From: Desulfosudaceae bacterium
GTDB taxonomy: Bacteria > Desulfobacterota > Desulfobacteria > Desulfobacterales > Desulfosudaceae
Assembly: GCA_963674745.2 (NCBI GenBank)
Contig: CAXXDV010000001.1
Location: 608,001-672,000 of the forward strand
Direction: 5' to 3'
DNA length: 64,000 bases
A model generated the notes under the pieces. That model made no database searches. It was not told the origin of the DNA and saw nothing but the letters and a program-made list of their open reading frames with translations. The translations under genes and the position numbers were made by a program. Shown here in pieces: positions 11,677 through 21,612 of the stretch (the first letter of the stretch is position 1; every line of letters starts with the position of its first letter).

Positions 11677-12572
11677 CTTTTTTCCAGCTTTTGAGACAGC
11701 TTCATCAGAATATCAACATAATACGAACTGTGGTTGTAGGCGAACAGGACCTTTTTGGCATCAGCCGCGCTCATGCCGGGCTTCCAGCCATGGTGATGCA
11801 GATAGTTGGCCACGCTGAGAATCGCATCAGCATGTGTAAACAGATCGACTTTTCCGTTTTTATCCCCGTCTACCCCCAGTTTCAAAATGTTGCTCGGCAT
11901 AAACTGAGAGATACCGACAGCGCCGGCATAAGAGCCGTTGACGGAAACGGGATCAGCAATTTTTTCCCGGTCAACGTATTTTAAAAACGCCATCAATTCG
12001 GCATAAGCCCATTGGGACTTCCGGATCGCCTTTTTCTGATAATCCGTCCTGGTCATATTCGTTTTATCGGCCAATGACCGCCACAGCATCTCCCGGATGT
12101 CAGAATCGGAAAGCGCCGCCATAGAAGACAGGATATTCAACGTGGAGGCCGTACCGGTAAAAGAGCCCAGTCTTGTTTCAACCAGCAGAATCGCCGTTAT
12201 GATTTCTTTATCAACCTGATATTCCGCTTCGGCTCTTTCCAGCCAGTACTGGTATGCCTTCATATATTTTTCGGCTTTCCGAAGCGATGCCGATGTTAAA
12301 AACTGATCATAGTTTAACGATGATTCGCGGTGCTGGAAATACCGGCCGACGGCTTTTGTTTCAAAAACGACCCCGGGGTGACCGTAGTAATAACTGAGCT
12401 TTTGCCGGTCAAACCCGTCCCGGGCCAGTTTCTGACAAAGGGTATTGAAGACATCGTTCTTTTTTTCAGCGGCTTGAAGGCAGGAAGGCAAAAACGGGAA
12501 AACCCCAAAAACGATTAGCAAATATAACAGGTGATGTTTTAGCCATCGGATCCGGCTGGGAACAATATACAT
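11673..12572 (-). CDS. Lytic murein transglycosylase (MltB/SLT_2 family)
   Basis: AILLVETRLG catalytic Glu, GSYAGAVGISQFMPS, DGDKNGKVDL, SVANYL and AYNHS motifs. Confidence 0.9.
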   Translation of the reverse strand: MYIVPSRIRWLKHHLLYLLIVFGVFPFLPSCLQAAEKKNDVFNTLCQKLARDGFDRQKLSYYYGHPGVVFETKAVGRYFQHRESSLNYDQFLTSASLRKAEKYMKAYQYWLERAEAEYQVDKEIITAILLVETRLGSFTGTASTLNILSSMAALSDSDIREMLWRSLADKTNMTRTDYQKKAIRKSQWAYAELMAFLKYVDREKIADPVSVNGSYAGAVGISQFMPSNILKLGVDGDKNGKVDLFTHADAILSVANYLHHHGWKPGMSAADAKKVLFAYNHSSYYVDILMKLSQKLEKR

Positions 12573-12668
12573 TTTTATAAATGAAAAGACCGCTTTCGGT
12601 TATTAAATCAGACGACCTGCGAACACGGTGGGTAAGTCTTGATCAGCATTGTTTCAACAGACCAGGTA

Positions 12669-13871
12669 TCAATCTTCGATGCCGAAAACTTCTTTTAGCG
12701 TGTTTAAGTATCTTGGATCGGTACAGGATAGCTTATCAGCGTCATCAGCAATTCGGGCAACCGGATTACCATTACATTCAACCAGATTAAACCGCATCTG
12801 CAGCGGAACAATCCCCACATCATGCGTCAATTCGGTACCGATACCGAAGGTAATATCAATCATATCGCTGAGGGTTTCATGAAGATCAATCGCTGTTTCA
12901 AAATCCATATTATCGCAGAACATGACGGATTTTGTCTTGGGGTCAATGCCCAGCTTGTCGTAATGTTCAATCAGCTTGACACACCATGACGTGGGATCAC
13001 CGCTGTCATGCTGGCAACCGTCAAAAAGTTTGGCCAGGTACAGATCGAAGTCCTGAAGGAACGCATTAAATCCAAGCACATCAGAAACGGCAATGCCCGG
13101 TTCGCCATGGAATTCCTGTATCCAGTCTTTTAAAGCCGCCTTCTGGCAGAGTTCCAGGCGCGGCCCCAGTTGCTGATAAGCCTGCAACCAGTCATGGCCC
13201 ATGGTCCCGACCGGCTTTAGCTTGTGCTTCATGGCGTAATAAATATTACTGGTACCGACAAACAGATAAGACCGTAAGGACTTTTTGAGTGTTTCGATGA
13301 CGGTGTTGTGCCAGTAATGCGAGTAACGGTGATGCGTACCGAAATCAGCGAACTTGAACCCGGTCAACTGGCCTGTTTTCAGCAGGCTGGTCAGATGGTT
13401 AACTTTTTCGTTCAGCTTCTCCTCGCCGGCATTGAGCGTATCTTCAACACTGTGAAATCCCATATCGTTGATACTTTGGTATTTCGAATAAATCTCGTTC
13501 ACAATGGAAAGGACAGGCACCGTATATAAAACCGTTGAAATCCAGGGGCCTTCAATATCAATCTGCAGGCGGCGGTCATTATCCAGATAGGCGTTGATAT
13601 ACTTCCGGTTGAGCTGGAAAAGCCGCATATATTCCACAAAATCTTTTTTAAAGCAGGAAAACGTATTTAAGTAATCGAGTTCTTTGTCCTTAAACCGAAG
13701 GGTGCAGAGATGGTCGATTTCCTGATTTATTTCCTGGATATGGCCAATTTTCTTTTTATTCTTACATTCAAACGTATAGCGGACATTTGCATCCGGATGC
13801 ATATGCAAAATAATCTGCGCCATCATGAGTTTTGATAAATCAGTATCCAGAAGGCTATTAATAACCCCCAT
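12669..13871 (-). CDS. pncB: Nicotinate phosphoribosyltransferase homolog with substituted active-site motifs
   Basis: SLLDTD, DFGT, GTSN, GTMGH, HDSGDP, FGIGT and LVECNG occur in PncB order. Confidence 0.8.
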   Translation of the reverse strand: MGVINSLLDTDLSKLMMAQIILHMHPDANVRYTFECKNKKKIGHIQEINQEIDHLCTLRFKDKELDYLNTFSCFKKDFVEYMRLFQLNRKYINAYLDNDRRLQIDIEGPWISTVLYTVPVLSIVNEIYSKYQSINDMGFHSVEDTLNAGEEKLNEKVNHLTSLLKTGQLTGFKFADFGTHHRYSHYWHNTVIETLKKSLRSYLFVGTSNIYYAMKHKLKPVGTMGHDWLQAYQQLGPRLELCQKAALKDWIQEFHGEPGIAVSDVLGFNAFLQDFDLYLAKLFDGCQHDSGDPTSWCVKLIEHYDKLGIDPKTKSVMFCDNMDFETAIDLHETLSDMIDITFGIGTELTHDVGIVPLQMRFNLVECNGNPVARIADDADKLSCTDPRYLNTLKEVFGIED

Positions 13872-14159
13872 TAAACCCTCCTCGATTAACCCTGACCATT
13901 TGTGCTTTTCCGTTTCTTTTCAAAACGCTACCGGTGAATAACATTGGGTCCCATAAAAAATAATGATTATATGTAAATTCACGCTTTGTCAAATTGAAAT
14001 ATGATATCAAATATTAAAAAAAAAGCAAGCCGATTACGTATTTTCGATTCCAAAACCTGAAAAAACATTAATACCACAACATTTTGTATGTTTTTTTTCT
14101 TGACATACAACTTTTTTGCCGTTATTACTCGTAAAAAACGTGAACCTCCTATAATTACT

Positions 14160-14342
14160 ATGGTTTATTACGAAATAAAAAATGAGGAAGGAGAAGCCGA
14201 AGACACAGAACTGTTATCCATGTTTTTTGGTACAGTCTGGCGCCTGGCATTGAGCCGTCTTAGCCATGAATGCGACGGCCGCGTCCTGACCATCAGCCTT
14301 CAGGGTAAAAAATATTCTATTTATCGCAGGCTGAAAAACTGA
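14160..14342 (+). CDS. Small hypothetical protein
   Basis: 60-codon ORF (MVYYEIKNEEG...) in an otherwise empty gap; no recognisable motif. Confidence 0.3.
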   Translation: MVYYEIKNEEGEAEDTELLSMFFGTVWRLALSRLSHECDGRVLTISLQGKKYSIYRRLKN

Positions 14343-14640
14343 ATCAAACCGGTCAGGAAGCCGCCGGAAAAATCGGCATCTGCCCCCATTAAATCCACAT
14401 CCCACCGAAGTTCGTTTTTATTTTCTATTTTGTCAAATCCGATTTTAATAAGCACTGATAACAGCTGAGCATCCGACATGAAAATGGTTGTTGCTGTTTC
14501 GGGCCTTTTTTGCGGCTTAAACAAAAATCGAAAAGCGGTTTTACCGACCGCAACAGGTACGGGCCGGCTTTGACAAGCGGGTGTTTGGAAAAAGCTTAAA
14601 ACATCCGGAAAATCGAGCTGGCGCCCAGCTAACGCCCCGA

Positions 14641-14979
14641 CTAACGCCCCGGCGTAATTATCCGGGATTCCTTCTCCTGCTGCATCTGCCTGATCTGCTC
14701 AACCATGTCCGCCATGGCCTGTTCCATGGCCCGGGGGAAATCATTGATGGCGTCTTCAAGATTCGCAGCCGCCAGTTCCGCCTGCAGCGGAATAAGCCCC
14801 TCCGGAGACATAACCTGTGAATGTCCGACGAAAATCGGTGAGCGGCTTGTGTCATCGGATCCGTCGGCCTTGATGGGTATCAGCTTACGAATGACAGCCA
14901 CCTTCAGGTCTGTCATGGAATCTTCACGGTACAGGTTCTCTTGGTCTACCTGGAAATTGACATCCTGGTCCTGATTCAT
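14641..14979 (-). CDS. Hypothetical cytoplasmic protein at the end of the rnf operon
   Basis: AAGGAGG RBS; 15 nt after the rnfB stop; NLYRED..TDLKV..IRKL.P and C-terminal SRIITPG. Confidence 0.8.
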   Translation of the reverse strand: MNQDQDVNFQVDQENLYREDSMTDLKVAVIRKLIPIKADGSDDTSRSPIFVGHSQVMSPEGLIPLQAELAAANLEDAINDFPRAMEQAMADMVEQIRQMQQEKESRIITPGR

Positions 14980-14994
14980 GCTCGTCCTCCTTTT

Positions 14995-15804
14995 TTATCC
15001 CCTTATTTGAATACTGTCGGTCGGACATTTTTCGGCGGCTGCCGCCATATCCTCTAGCTTCTCAGGACCGTAGTTTTCATAATCAATCGCCGCCAGATTT
15101 CCCTCCATGACGCAAAGATCGCTTTTTTTCGTGCAGGCCTTGCAGCCGATACAGCCGGACTTGCAGACAGCCTTGACCGCCGGACCGCTTTCTTTATTTG
15201 AGCAGGTCACAACATACATCTGATCCGACGAAAACGATACCATACTGATAATATTTCTGGGGCAGGCCCGAACACAGGCCCCGCACCCGACGCATTGTTC
15301 ATAATCAACGGCGGCCAGCCCGTCCTTTATACTGATGGCGTCATAGTTGCAGGCCCGGACACAGTCTCCCAGGCCGAGACAACCATATTGGCAGGCCTGT
15401 ACGCCCGCCATATTGGCCGCCGCGGCACAAGTCGGTTCTCCAAGATAGTCGCCCTTGTTCAGACGCAGATCGGCTGTTGCCCCACAGTGAACCACCGGAC
15501 GCGTCGGTGCGGAAGCGCTGACTTCAACGCCCATTATTTGGGCAATGGCCTCGGCCACACCGGCCCCTCCCGGAGCACAGCAGTTCACGGCCATACCGTT
15601 GTTGACAATGGCCTCGGCATATTCCCCGCAGCCAACGCAGCCGCAACCACCGCAATTGGCACCGGGAAGCGCTTCACAGATGGCTTCAACCCGAGGATCA
15701 ACCTCCACGTGAAAAGCATGATTCGCCCAGCAGAGGACATATGAAAAAATGAACGCAAGAACAAGCAGGCTGCCGCCCGCCAGAATAATCGTTACCAGAG
15801 ACAT
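14995..15804 (-). CDS. rnfB: Rnf complex subunit B
   Basis: N-terminal TM, LPGANCGGCG and several ferredoxin CxxCxxCxxxC motifs. Confidence 0.93.
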   Translation of the reverse strand: MSLVTIILAGGSLLVLAFIFSYVLCWANHAFHVEVDPRVEAICEALPGANCGGCGCVGCGEYAEAIVNNGMAVNCCAPGGAGVAEAIAQIMGVEVSASAPTRPVVHCGATADLRLNKGDYLGEPTCAAAANMAGVQACQYGCLGLGDCVRACNYDAISIKDGLAAVDYEQCVGCGACVRACPRNIISMVSFSSDQMYVVTCSNKESGPAVKAVCKSGCIGCKACTKKSDLCVMEGNLAAIDYENYGPEKLEDMAAAAEKCPTDSIQIRG

Positions 15805-15823
15805 GATCAAACTCCATTTGTCG

Positions 15824-16606
15824 CTATAGTTTTACAACGCCGTTTCCAGACGACAAGACGGCGATTGCAGGTTTGTGGGTGTCCATGTTTAAGGCTGCTT
15901 CGGCTTTCACCTCGGGTGTAAGGGCTTTGCGTAAGCCCGAATCCACGCCGGTAAAGCCCATGAAGGCCATGGCCAGGATACCGGCCACGATCAGTGTTAT
16001 CGCCGCCCCCTGCAGCGGTTTGGGGACATCACAAAAATCAAGATCTTCACGGATGCCGGCCATGATCACAATGGCGATGGTAAAGCCGATACCGCCGAAA
16101 ACGGCCAGGGCCAGCGCCCGGCCAAGGTCCCAGGCATCAGAGGGGTTGTCCACGGCCACATGGCTCATAATTGTCAAACACGCGAACAGAATGGCACAGT
16201 TGGTCGTAATCAACGGCAGGTAAACTCCGAAGGCCTTGTACAAGTCCGGGAAAAACTTTCTGACGTACATTTCCACAAACTGGACTGAAGAAGCGATGGC
16301 AAAAATATACACTACGTAGGACAACACCGTCAGATCAATGACGGCCGCCTGATCCGCTGGCAGAAAAAAGCCCCCGACCCAAGCGGTCAACGGAGCCCCC
16401 GGGATCAGCACAAACGTGGTCACCGCCCAGCTGATAAAGGCCGCGATGGTAATAACAAATGTCACCGCACAGCCCATGCCGAAGGCCATATCAACATTGC
16501 GTGACACGCCGACAAAAGGACAGATGCCGACAAAATAATAAAGGACGAAGTTGTTAATTAACGCGGCACTTACCGCAATCAGAAATATATCAACAATATA
16601 AGTCAT
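15824..16606 (-). CDS. rnfA: Rnf complex subunit A
   Basis: [28 protein letters not shown] and AGIRE. Confidence 0.93.
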   Translation of the reverse strand: MTYIVDIFLIAVSAALINNFVLYYFVGICPFVGVSRNVDMAFGMGCAVTFVITIAAFISWAVTTFVLIPGAPLTAWVGGFFLPADQAAVIDLTVLSYVVYIFAIASSVQFVEMYVRKFFPDLYKAFGVYLPLITTNCAILFACLTIMSHVAVDNPSDAWDLGRALALAVFGGIGFTIAIVIMAGIREDLDFCDVPKPLQGAAITLIVAGILAMAFMGFTGVDSGLRKALTPEVKAEAALNMDTHKPAIAVLSSGNGVVKL

Positions 16607-16623
16607 GACGAGCTACCTTGTGT

Positions 16624-17241
16624 TTAACTTTGTTCTTTTTTTGATTTTGCGGTAATCATGTTCACCAGACCAAGCAGCATCCCGAGGGTAAAAAACGCAC
16701 CCGGCGGGAGGGCCATGATCAGCCAACCCGGCCAGGCATCAGGGAGTACCGGTATACCGAAGAACATGCCTGTTCCGAGAATTTCTCTAACTGTGGCGAT
16801 GGAGGCCAGTGCCAGTGCGTAACCTAAAGACTGCCCCAGGGCATCCGCTCCTGCGGTCACGATATTCTGCTTTGAGGCACAGACCTCACAGCGACAGATA
16901 ATCAGGCAGTTGACAATAATCAACGGTATGTATGGCCCCAGCGTCTTGCTCATGGAATACATATAAGCCGCCAGAAACCGGTCAACTATTGTTACAAAAG
17001 TAGCGATGGTCAGGGTAAAGATCACGATCCGCAAATGCGGTTTCAATAGCCCCCGGATCAGACTGATCACCAGGTTGGCACAGAACAGCACGAAAGTTAC
17101 CGCTCCGGCCATGGTCATGGCGGCTTTCATGTTTCCGGTGACCGCCAGAACCGGGCACAGTCCCAGAAGCTGCCGGTAAACCGGGTTTTCCGGGATTATT
17201 CCCTGTACAAAACGTTCCAACGGGGTTGGTTCATCTGCCAT
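16624..17241 (-). CDS. rnfE: Rnf complex subunit E
   Basis: ENPV..QLLGLCPVLAVT, IPLIIVNC, REILGTG and LPPGAF. Confidence 0.93.
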   Translation of the reverse strand: MADEPTPLERFVQGIIPENPVYRQLLGLCPVLAVTGNMKAAMTMAGAVTFVLFCANLVISLIRGLLKPHLRIVIFTLTIATFVTIVDRFLAAYMYSMSKTLGPYIPLIIVNCLIICRCEVCASKQNIVTAGADALGQSLGYALALASIATVREILGTGMFFGIPVLPDAWPGWLIMALPPGAFFTLGMLLGLVNMITAKSKKEQS

Positions 17242-17265
17242 GGTTACCTAATCCTTTCTAAGTTA

Positions 17266-17913
17266 TTATTGAGCCGCATTGCCGGCGGCAAGACGTTCAA
17301 CCAGCGGTTGTTTTAAGTCCGCCACGGTCTTGTTGACAATACCGCAGACCGTTTTTGAAGAAATCGTAGCGCCGGTAATGGCATCAATTTCAAAAGGTTG
17401 AGACGCTTTTGTCTTGACGGCCTGAAAAGGTTGCGCCGTACTTCTCCCGACGAACTGTCCACGCCAGGAAGGTTCCACGATCTTTGCGCCCAGACCGGGC
17501 GTTTCTTTCTGGTCCAGGATAAAAAGACCGGTTATTTTATCAGCCTCAGGCGACATACCGATCAACAATTCGACCTTGTCGGCATAACCCTGCGCGGAGG
17601 CCTTGGCCACCCATCCTTTTATTTTGTCTGCGGCGCTGGCCTTGAACACACTGTAGGAAATCGTACGTCCGCCGCCCTGATCCACGGTAATCATGGTTTG
17701 TTCGGAAGTCAGAGACAGTACGGCTGCCTCCTGTTTTGCCTGTTCCTCGCCAAGAACCAGTTCGGGAACCTTCTGCCGGGTTTCATTGATCTTGTTCTCT
17801 TCTATCTTCGGCGAAAACTGCATGTGAACGCCAGCCAGGGCCGCGCCGTAAAGCATGGCCAGCACCAAAACCAACCATGCCTGCACAAAGAAATTAGATT
17901 TTTTGCCTTCCAT
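17266..17913 (-). CDS. rnfG: Rnf complex subunit G (FMN-binding)
   Basis: ETPGLG and DAITGATISS flavinylation motif. Confidence 0.92.
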   Translation of the reverse strand: MEGKKSNFFVQAWLVLVLAMLYGAALAGVHMQFSPKIEENKINETRQKVPELVLGEEQAKQEAAVLSLTSEQTMITVDQGGGRTISYSVFKASAADKIKGWVAKASAQGYADKVELLIGMSPEADKITGLFILDQKETPGLGAKIVEPSWRGQFVGRSTAQPFQAVKTKASQPFEIDAITGATISSKTVCGIVNKTVADLKQPLVERLAAGNAAQ

Positions 17914-17944
17914 AGGTTTAAAGGCCTTTCTTGCTTATTGATAA

Positions 17945-18952
17945 CTAGGTTTGCTGGGTAACAGCACCAAACGGTTTCGGAATCGTCCAACGGTTAATCA
18001 ACGGCGTCAGGGCGTTCATGAACAACACCGCGAACATGACCCCTTCCGGATAACCGCTGAACAGCCGGAGCAACATGATCAGGAATCCCACACCGATGCC
18101 GAAGATAAACTTCCCCCTGGATGTCAGGGGGCTGGTAACCGGGTCTGTAGCGATATAAAATGCGCCGAACAAAAGCGCCCCGCCGCAAAGGTGATGCCAG
18201 ACCGTCCAATCCGAAGTGCCGGTAAAATCCGCAATGCCCCCCATAACAACTGTGGCAATAATTACGCCGACCGGGATTTCCCAGGAAGCGGTCCTTCTGA
18301 TACAGAGGAAAATACCGCCGATCAGGCAGGCGATGGCGCTGACCTCACCCAGGGAACCGTTTGTATTACCGACAACCAGGGCCATCAGCGGGGTTACCAT
18401 GCCGCCCTGCTTAAAAGCGGTCATGGGTGTGGCCTGGGTAACCGCGTCAACCGCGGAACCGGCATCCAGATACCCGGATGCGGCCATGCTGCCGGCAAAA
18501 GATATCATGACAAAGGCACGACCGACCATGGCCGGATTGAAAATATTCATCCCCAACCCCCCGAAAATCGTCTTGCCGATGCCGATACCGACAAACGACC
18601 CGATCACACCGATGTACCAGGGAGCGGTTCCGGGAAGTGAAAGTGCCAGTATAACACCGGTAATCGCGGCCGAACAGTCGGTCAGGGTTATCGGCTTGCC
18701 TCTCATTCTGGTAAAAAGGGCTTCCGCGACCAGGCAGCTGACGACGCAAATGGCAAGCTGCTTGACGGCATAGAGTTTAAACACATAAACCGAAACCAGT
18801 ATCAGGGGGATCAGCGCGATCAGCACATCAATCATCATCCGCCGGGTGGTAAAGGATGCGTTGGACAAATGTGGCGATCCGATAACCTGAAATACCGGTG
18901 AACTCCCCCCGCTTTCCTGCAAATCCCGCGTTTCCTGCTGTTGTTCGTTCAT
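17945..18952 (-). CDS. rnfD: Rnf complex subunit D
   Basis: SPH, FGGLGMNIFNPAMVGR, TQATP, GSLGE, ATDPVTSP and YPEGV. Confidence 0.94.
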   Translation of the reverse strand: MNEQQQETRDLQESGGSSPVFQVIGSPHLSNASFTTRRMMIDVLIALIPLILVSVYVFKLYAVKQLAICVVSCLVAEALFTRMRGKPITLTDCSAAITGVILALSLPGTAPWYIGVIGSFVGIGIGKTIFGGLGMNIFNPAMVGRAFVMISFAGSMAASGYLDAGSAVDAVTQATPMTAFKQGGMVTPLMALVVGNTNGSLGEVSAIACLIGGIFLCIRRTASWEIPVGVIIATVVMGGIADFTGTSDWTVWHHLCGGALLFGAFYIATDPVTSPLTSRGKFIFGIGVGFLIMLLRLFSGYPEGVMFAVLFMNALTPLINRWTIPKPFGAVTQQT

Positions 18953-18990
18953 AATCAAAACTTACCTGTATAGATTGTTGACCCTTTTAT

Positions 18991-20358
18991 TTATTTGTTT
19001 TTTGCCGCCACCTGAGCCTTTCCCATTCTGACTAGCTGTACCAGCGGCAGGCTGGCCGGGCAGGTGTAGGCACAACAGCCGCATTCCACGCAGGCCATAA
19101 TATGATAGGCTTCCGCCACATCGGGCGCCTGGTTTCTTGCCGCCACCGCCAGCTTGGTTGGCACCAGGTTCATGGGGCAGACGTCAACACACCGGCCGCA
19201 CCTGACGCAGGCGGTTTCCGCCGCTCTTTTGACATCGTCACGGATCAGCACGGTTACACCGCTGGTGCCCTTGGTTACCGGCAAATCCAGGTCGGTAAAG
19301 GCAAACCCCATCATCGGTCCGCCGGAAACGAGCCTGACGGCGTCGGGATTTAACCCGCCGCAGTAATCAATCAGATGCCGGTAACTGGTGCCGATGGGCA
19401 CAAACAGATTTTTAGGTGATCGGACGCCGGCGCCGGTCACGCAGATAACGCGATGCGTCAACGGTTTCTGCTTGAGAACGGCAAAGGCGATGGCACACAC
19501 GGAACCTACGTTGCTGACCACGACCCCTACATCCAGAGGTAACGCGCCGGGGGGTACTTTTCGGCCGGTAACCGCCACGATCAGATGCTTTTCACTGCCC
19601 TGCGGGTATTTGGTCTTTACGGTAACGACCTTGATATCCGTTCCCAGGGCCGCTTTGGTCATGGCCTCGATGGCTTTGGGCTTATTGTCTTCTATGGCGA
19701 TAAATATGCTTGAAGCACCGGCCGCTTTTGCTGCCAGCAGCGTACCGGCGACAATCGCATGCGACGCTTCTAACATCAGCCGGTAATCAGACGTCAGGTA
19801 CGGTTCGCATTCACAACCGTTAAGCAGCAGTACGTCCACCGGTTTTTCTTTGTTGGGCGTCAATTTTACATGCGTGGGAAACGCGGCGCCGCCCAGGCCG
19901 ACAACCCCGGCGTTGTTGATGGCATCGACTATCTCTTTGGCATCCTTCTGCGCCACACTTTTCGTATCCCAGTTGTCCGATGTCAGTTCTTTAAACAGCA
20001 CCGCACCGTCGTCCTGTGAATCTTCTTCAGCCGCTTTTATCGGAACCGCAGGCACCCGCCGGCCGGTCGGCAGTGTTACGCTGATCGCTTTCATTACCGT
20101 ACCGTTTATCGAGGCATGTATCGGGGCAGAGACAAAACCACCCGCCTCACCGATCAAATCACCTACCCGGACTTCGGCTTTGGTTTTCACCGCCTGTTTA
20201 CAGGGCGCACCGATATGCTGTGAAAGCGGTAAAACAATCTTTTCCGGGGCAGGCAGGACTTCGATACCCGCGTCCGCGGCAAAATGTTTCTGGTCCGGGG
20301 GATGGACGCCACGTGAAAACGTTCCCTTTCCATTTATTCCGGAAAAACCTGATCCCAT
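18991..20358 (-). CDS. rnfC: Rnf complex subunit C
   Basis: QHIGAP, GLGGAAFPTHVK, NGCECEPYLTSD, GGPMMG and two 4Fe-4S motifs. Confidence 0.95.
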   Translation of the reverse strand: MGSGFSGINGKGTFSRGVHPPDQKHFAADAGIEVLPAPEKIVLPLSQHIGAPCKQAVKTKAEVRVGDLIGEAGGFVSAPIHASINGTVMKAISVTLPTGRRVPAVPIKAAEEDSQDDGAVLFKELTSDNWDTKSVAQKDAKEIVDAINNAGVVGLGGAAFPTHVKLTPNKEKPVDVLLLNGCECEPYLTSDYRLMLEASHAIVAGTLLAAKAAGASSIFIAIEDNKPKAIEAMTKAALGTDIKVVTVKTKYPQGSEKHLIVAVTGRKVPPGALPLDVGVVVSNVGSVCAIAFAVLKQKPLTHRVICVTGAGVRSPKNLFVPIGTSYRHLIDYCGGLNPDAVRLVSGGPMMGFAFTDLDLPVTKGTSGVTVLIRDDVKRAAETACVRCGRCVDVCPMNLVPTKLAVAARNQAPDVAEAYHIMACVECGCCAYTCPASLPLVQLVRMGKAQVAAKNK

Positions 20359-20534
20359 ATTTCTTTCTCCGCTATTACCTTAATAAACTGCTAACCATGT
20401 AATTAAAAAAAGCTAATATCCCCGTTCATTAAAAAAATGTCAACCCTTTTTAAACCCTTGTAGAAAAACCGGAATCCGGGCAAAGAGTAAAACTGTGCGG
20501 ATTCAGGGCGTTAACCTGAACATCTCACGTCATT

Positions 20535-20614
20535 GGGCACGGCACGCCGTGCCCCTACGGCGTGCCGTGCCGGTCAGGTTGTCAAGCCATGTAGGGGCAC
20601 GGCGTGCCGTGCCC
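20535..20614. repeat. Inverted pair of GTAG-type REP palindromes
   Basis: GTAGGGGCACGGCGTGCCGTGCCC at 20591-20614 and its exact reverse complement at 20535-20558, with a partial copy at 20559-20571. Confidence 0.85.
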
Positions 20615-20643
20615 GGTTGTTCGGTTAAAATAATTTTTGATCG

Positions 20644-21555
20644 CTACAGGTCTTCAGGGGAGAAAGTGACAACCGTTGAGATATCATCCGTGTCACAAAA
20701 CAGCATGGCCAGCCGGTCAATCCCCAGGGCATTGCCGGCTGCAGGCGGCATGTCGGCCATATCCGCCAGAAACGCTTCCGGCAAAGGCCAGTCGGCAGCA
20801 ACTGTTTTTTTTAACTTGCGGCGCGCCTGCTCAAACCGGGTGCGATAATGTTCGGTGCCGAGCAGCTCGGAAAAACCGTTGCACATCTCCAAACCACTGA
20901 TATAAAGCTCGAATCGTTCCGCCAGCCGGGAATCGTCGGCCTTCAATCGGGCCAGGGCGGCCCCGGTTTGCGCGGGATAGTCGTATAAGAACACCGGCGC
21001 CTCAATTCCCAGCATCGGCTCAACCTTATCGGCCATCAATTCGTTTAACCGCTCCGGCGCCAATCCGTCTTCCAGGCAGACGCCGGCATAACGGTCAAAG
21101 GCCTGACTGACGCTCATGCGCGGCCAGTCGTCTGAAAGATCAATATTATTTTTCTGATAACACAGCGTCCGCCCGACGCCCAGCGCTTCAGCCACATACC
21201 GGATCATGGCCTCGGTTTCGCGCATCAAGTCTTTATAGTCGGCGCCCGCCCGATACCATTCCAGAAGAGTAAATTCCGGAAGATGCTTCCGGCCGCGCTC
21301 ATGTCGACGAAAGGCTTTACATATCTGAAAAATCCGGGGAAAACCGCGGGCCAGAAGCCGTTTCATGCAGACTTCCGGAGATGTCTGCAGGAACCAGTCT
21401 CCCGATGGCTGGGGAAAGATATCGGCTTCCGGAATGGGGGCTGGGATACGGCCGGGTGTTTCCACTTCGAGATACCCGTGACCGGAAAAAAAGGCACGAA
21501 TCGCCTCAATCATTCGGGCCCTGGTAGTCAGATGGGCTGTTTTCGAAGACGACAT
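20644..21555 (-). CDS. epmA: EF-P lysine aminoacylase (LysRS catalytic-domain paralog)
   Basis: EVETP, LQTSPEVCMKRLL, HLPEFTLLEWY, ERFELY and ALGIDRL; no anticodon-binding domain. Confidence 0.92.
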   Translation of the reverse strand: MSSSKTAHLTTRARMIEAIRAFFSGHGYLEVETPGRIPAPIPEADIFPQPSGDWFLQTSPEVCMKRLLARGFPRIFQICKAFRRHERGRKHLPEFTLLEWYRAGADYKDLMRETEAMIRYVAEALGVGRTLCYQKNNIDLSDDWPRMSVSQAFDRYAGVCLEDGLAPERLNELMADKVEPMLGIEAPVFLYDYPAQTGAALARLKADDSRLAERFELYISGLEMCNGFSELLGTEHYRTRFEQARRKLKKTVAADWPLPEAFLADMADMPPAAGNALGIDRLAMLFCDTDDISTVVTFSPEDL

Positions 21556-21612
21556 GGCGAATATTTCATGGGGGCATCCGTTTCAGGATGAAAAAGCACG
21601 CGATCCAGGCGA

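Noticed and set aside
14629..14650. Short direct repeat CTAACGCCCC at the end of the gene after rnfB
   Set aside because: A 10-nt duplication with no associated element; too weak to call an attC site or target-site duplication.
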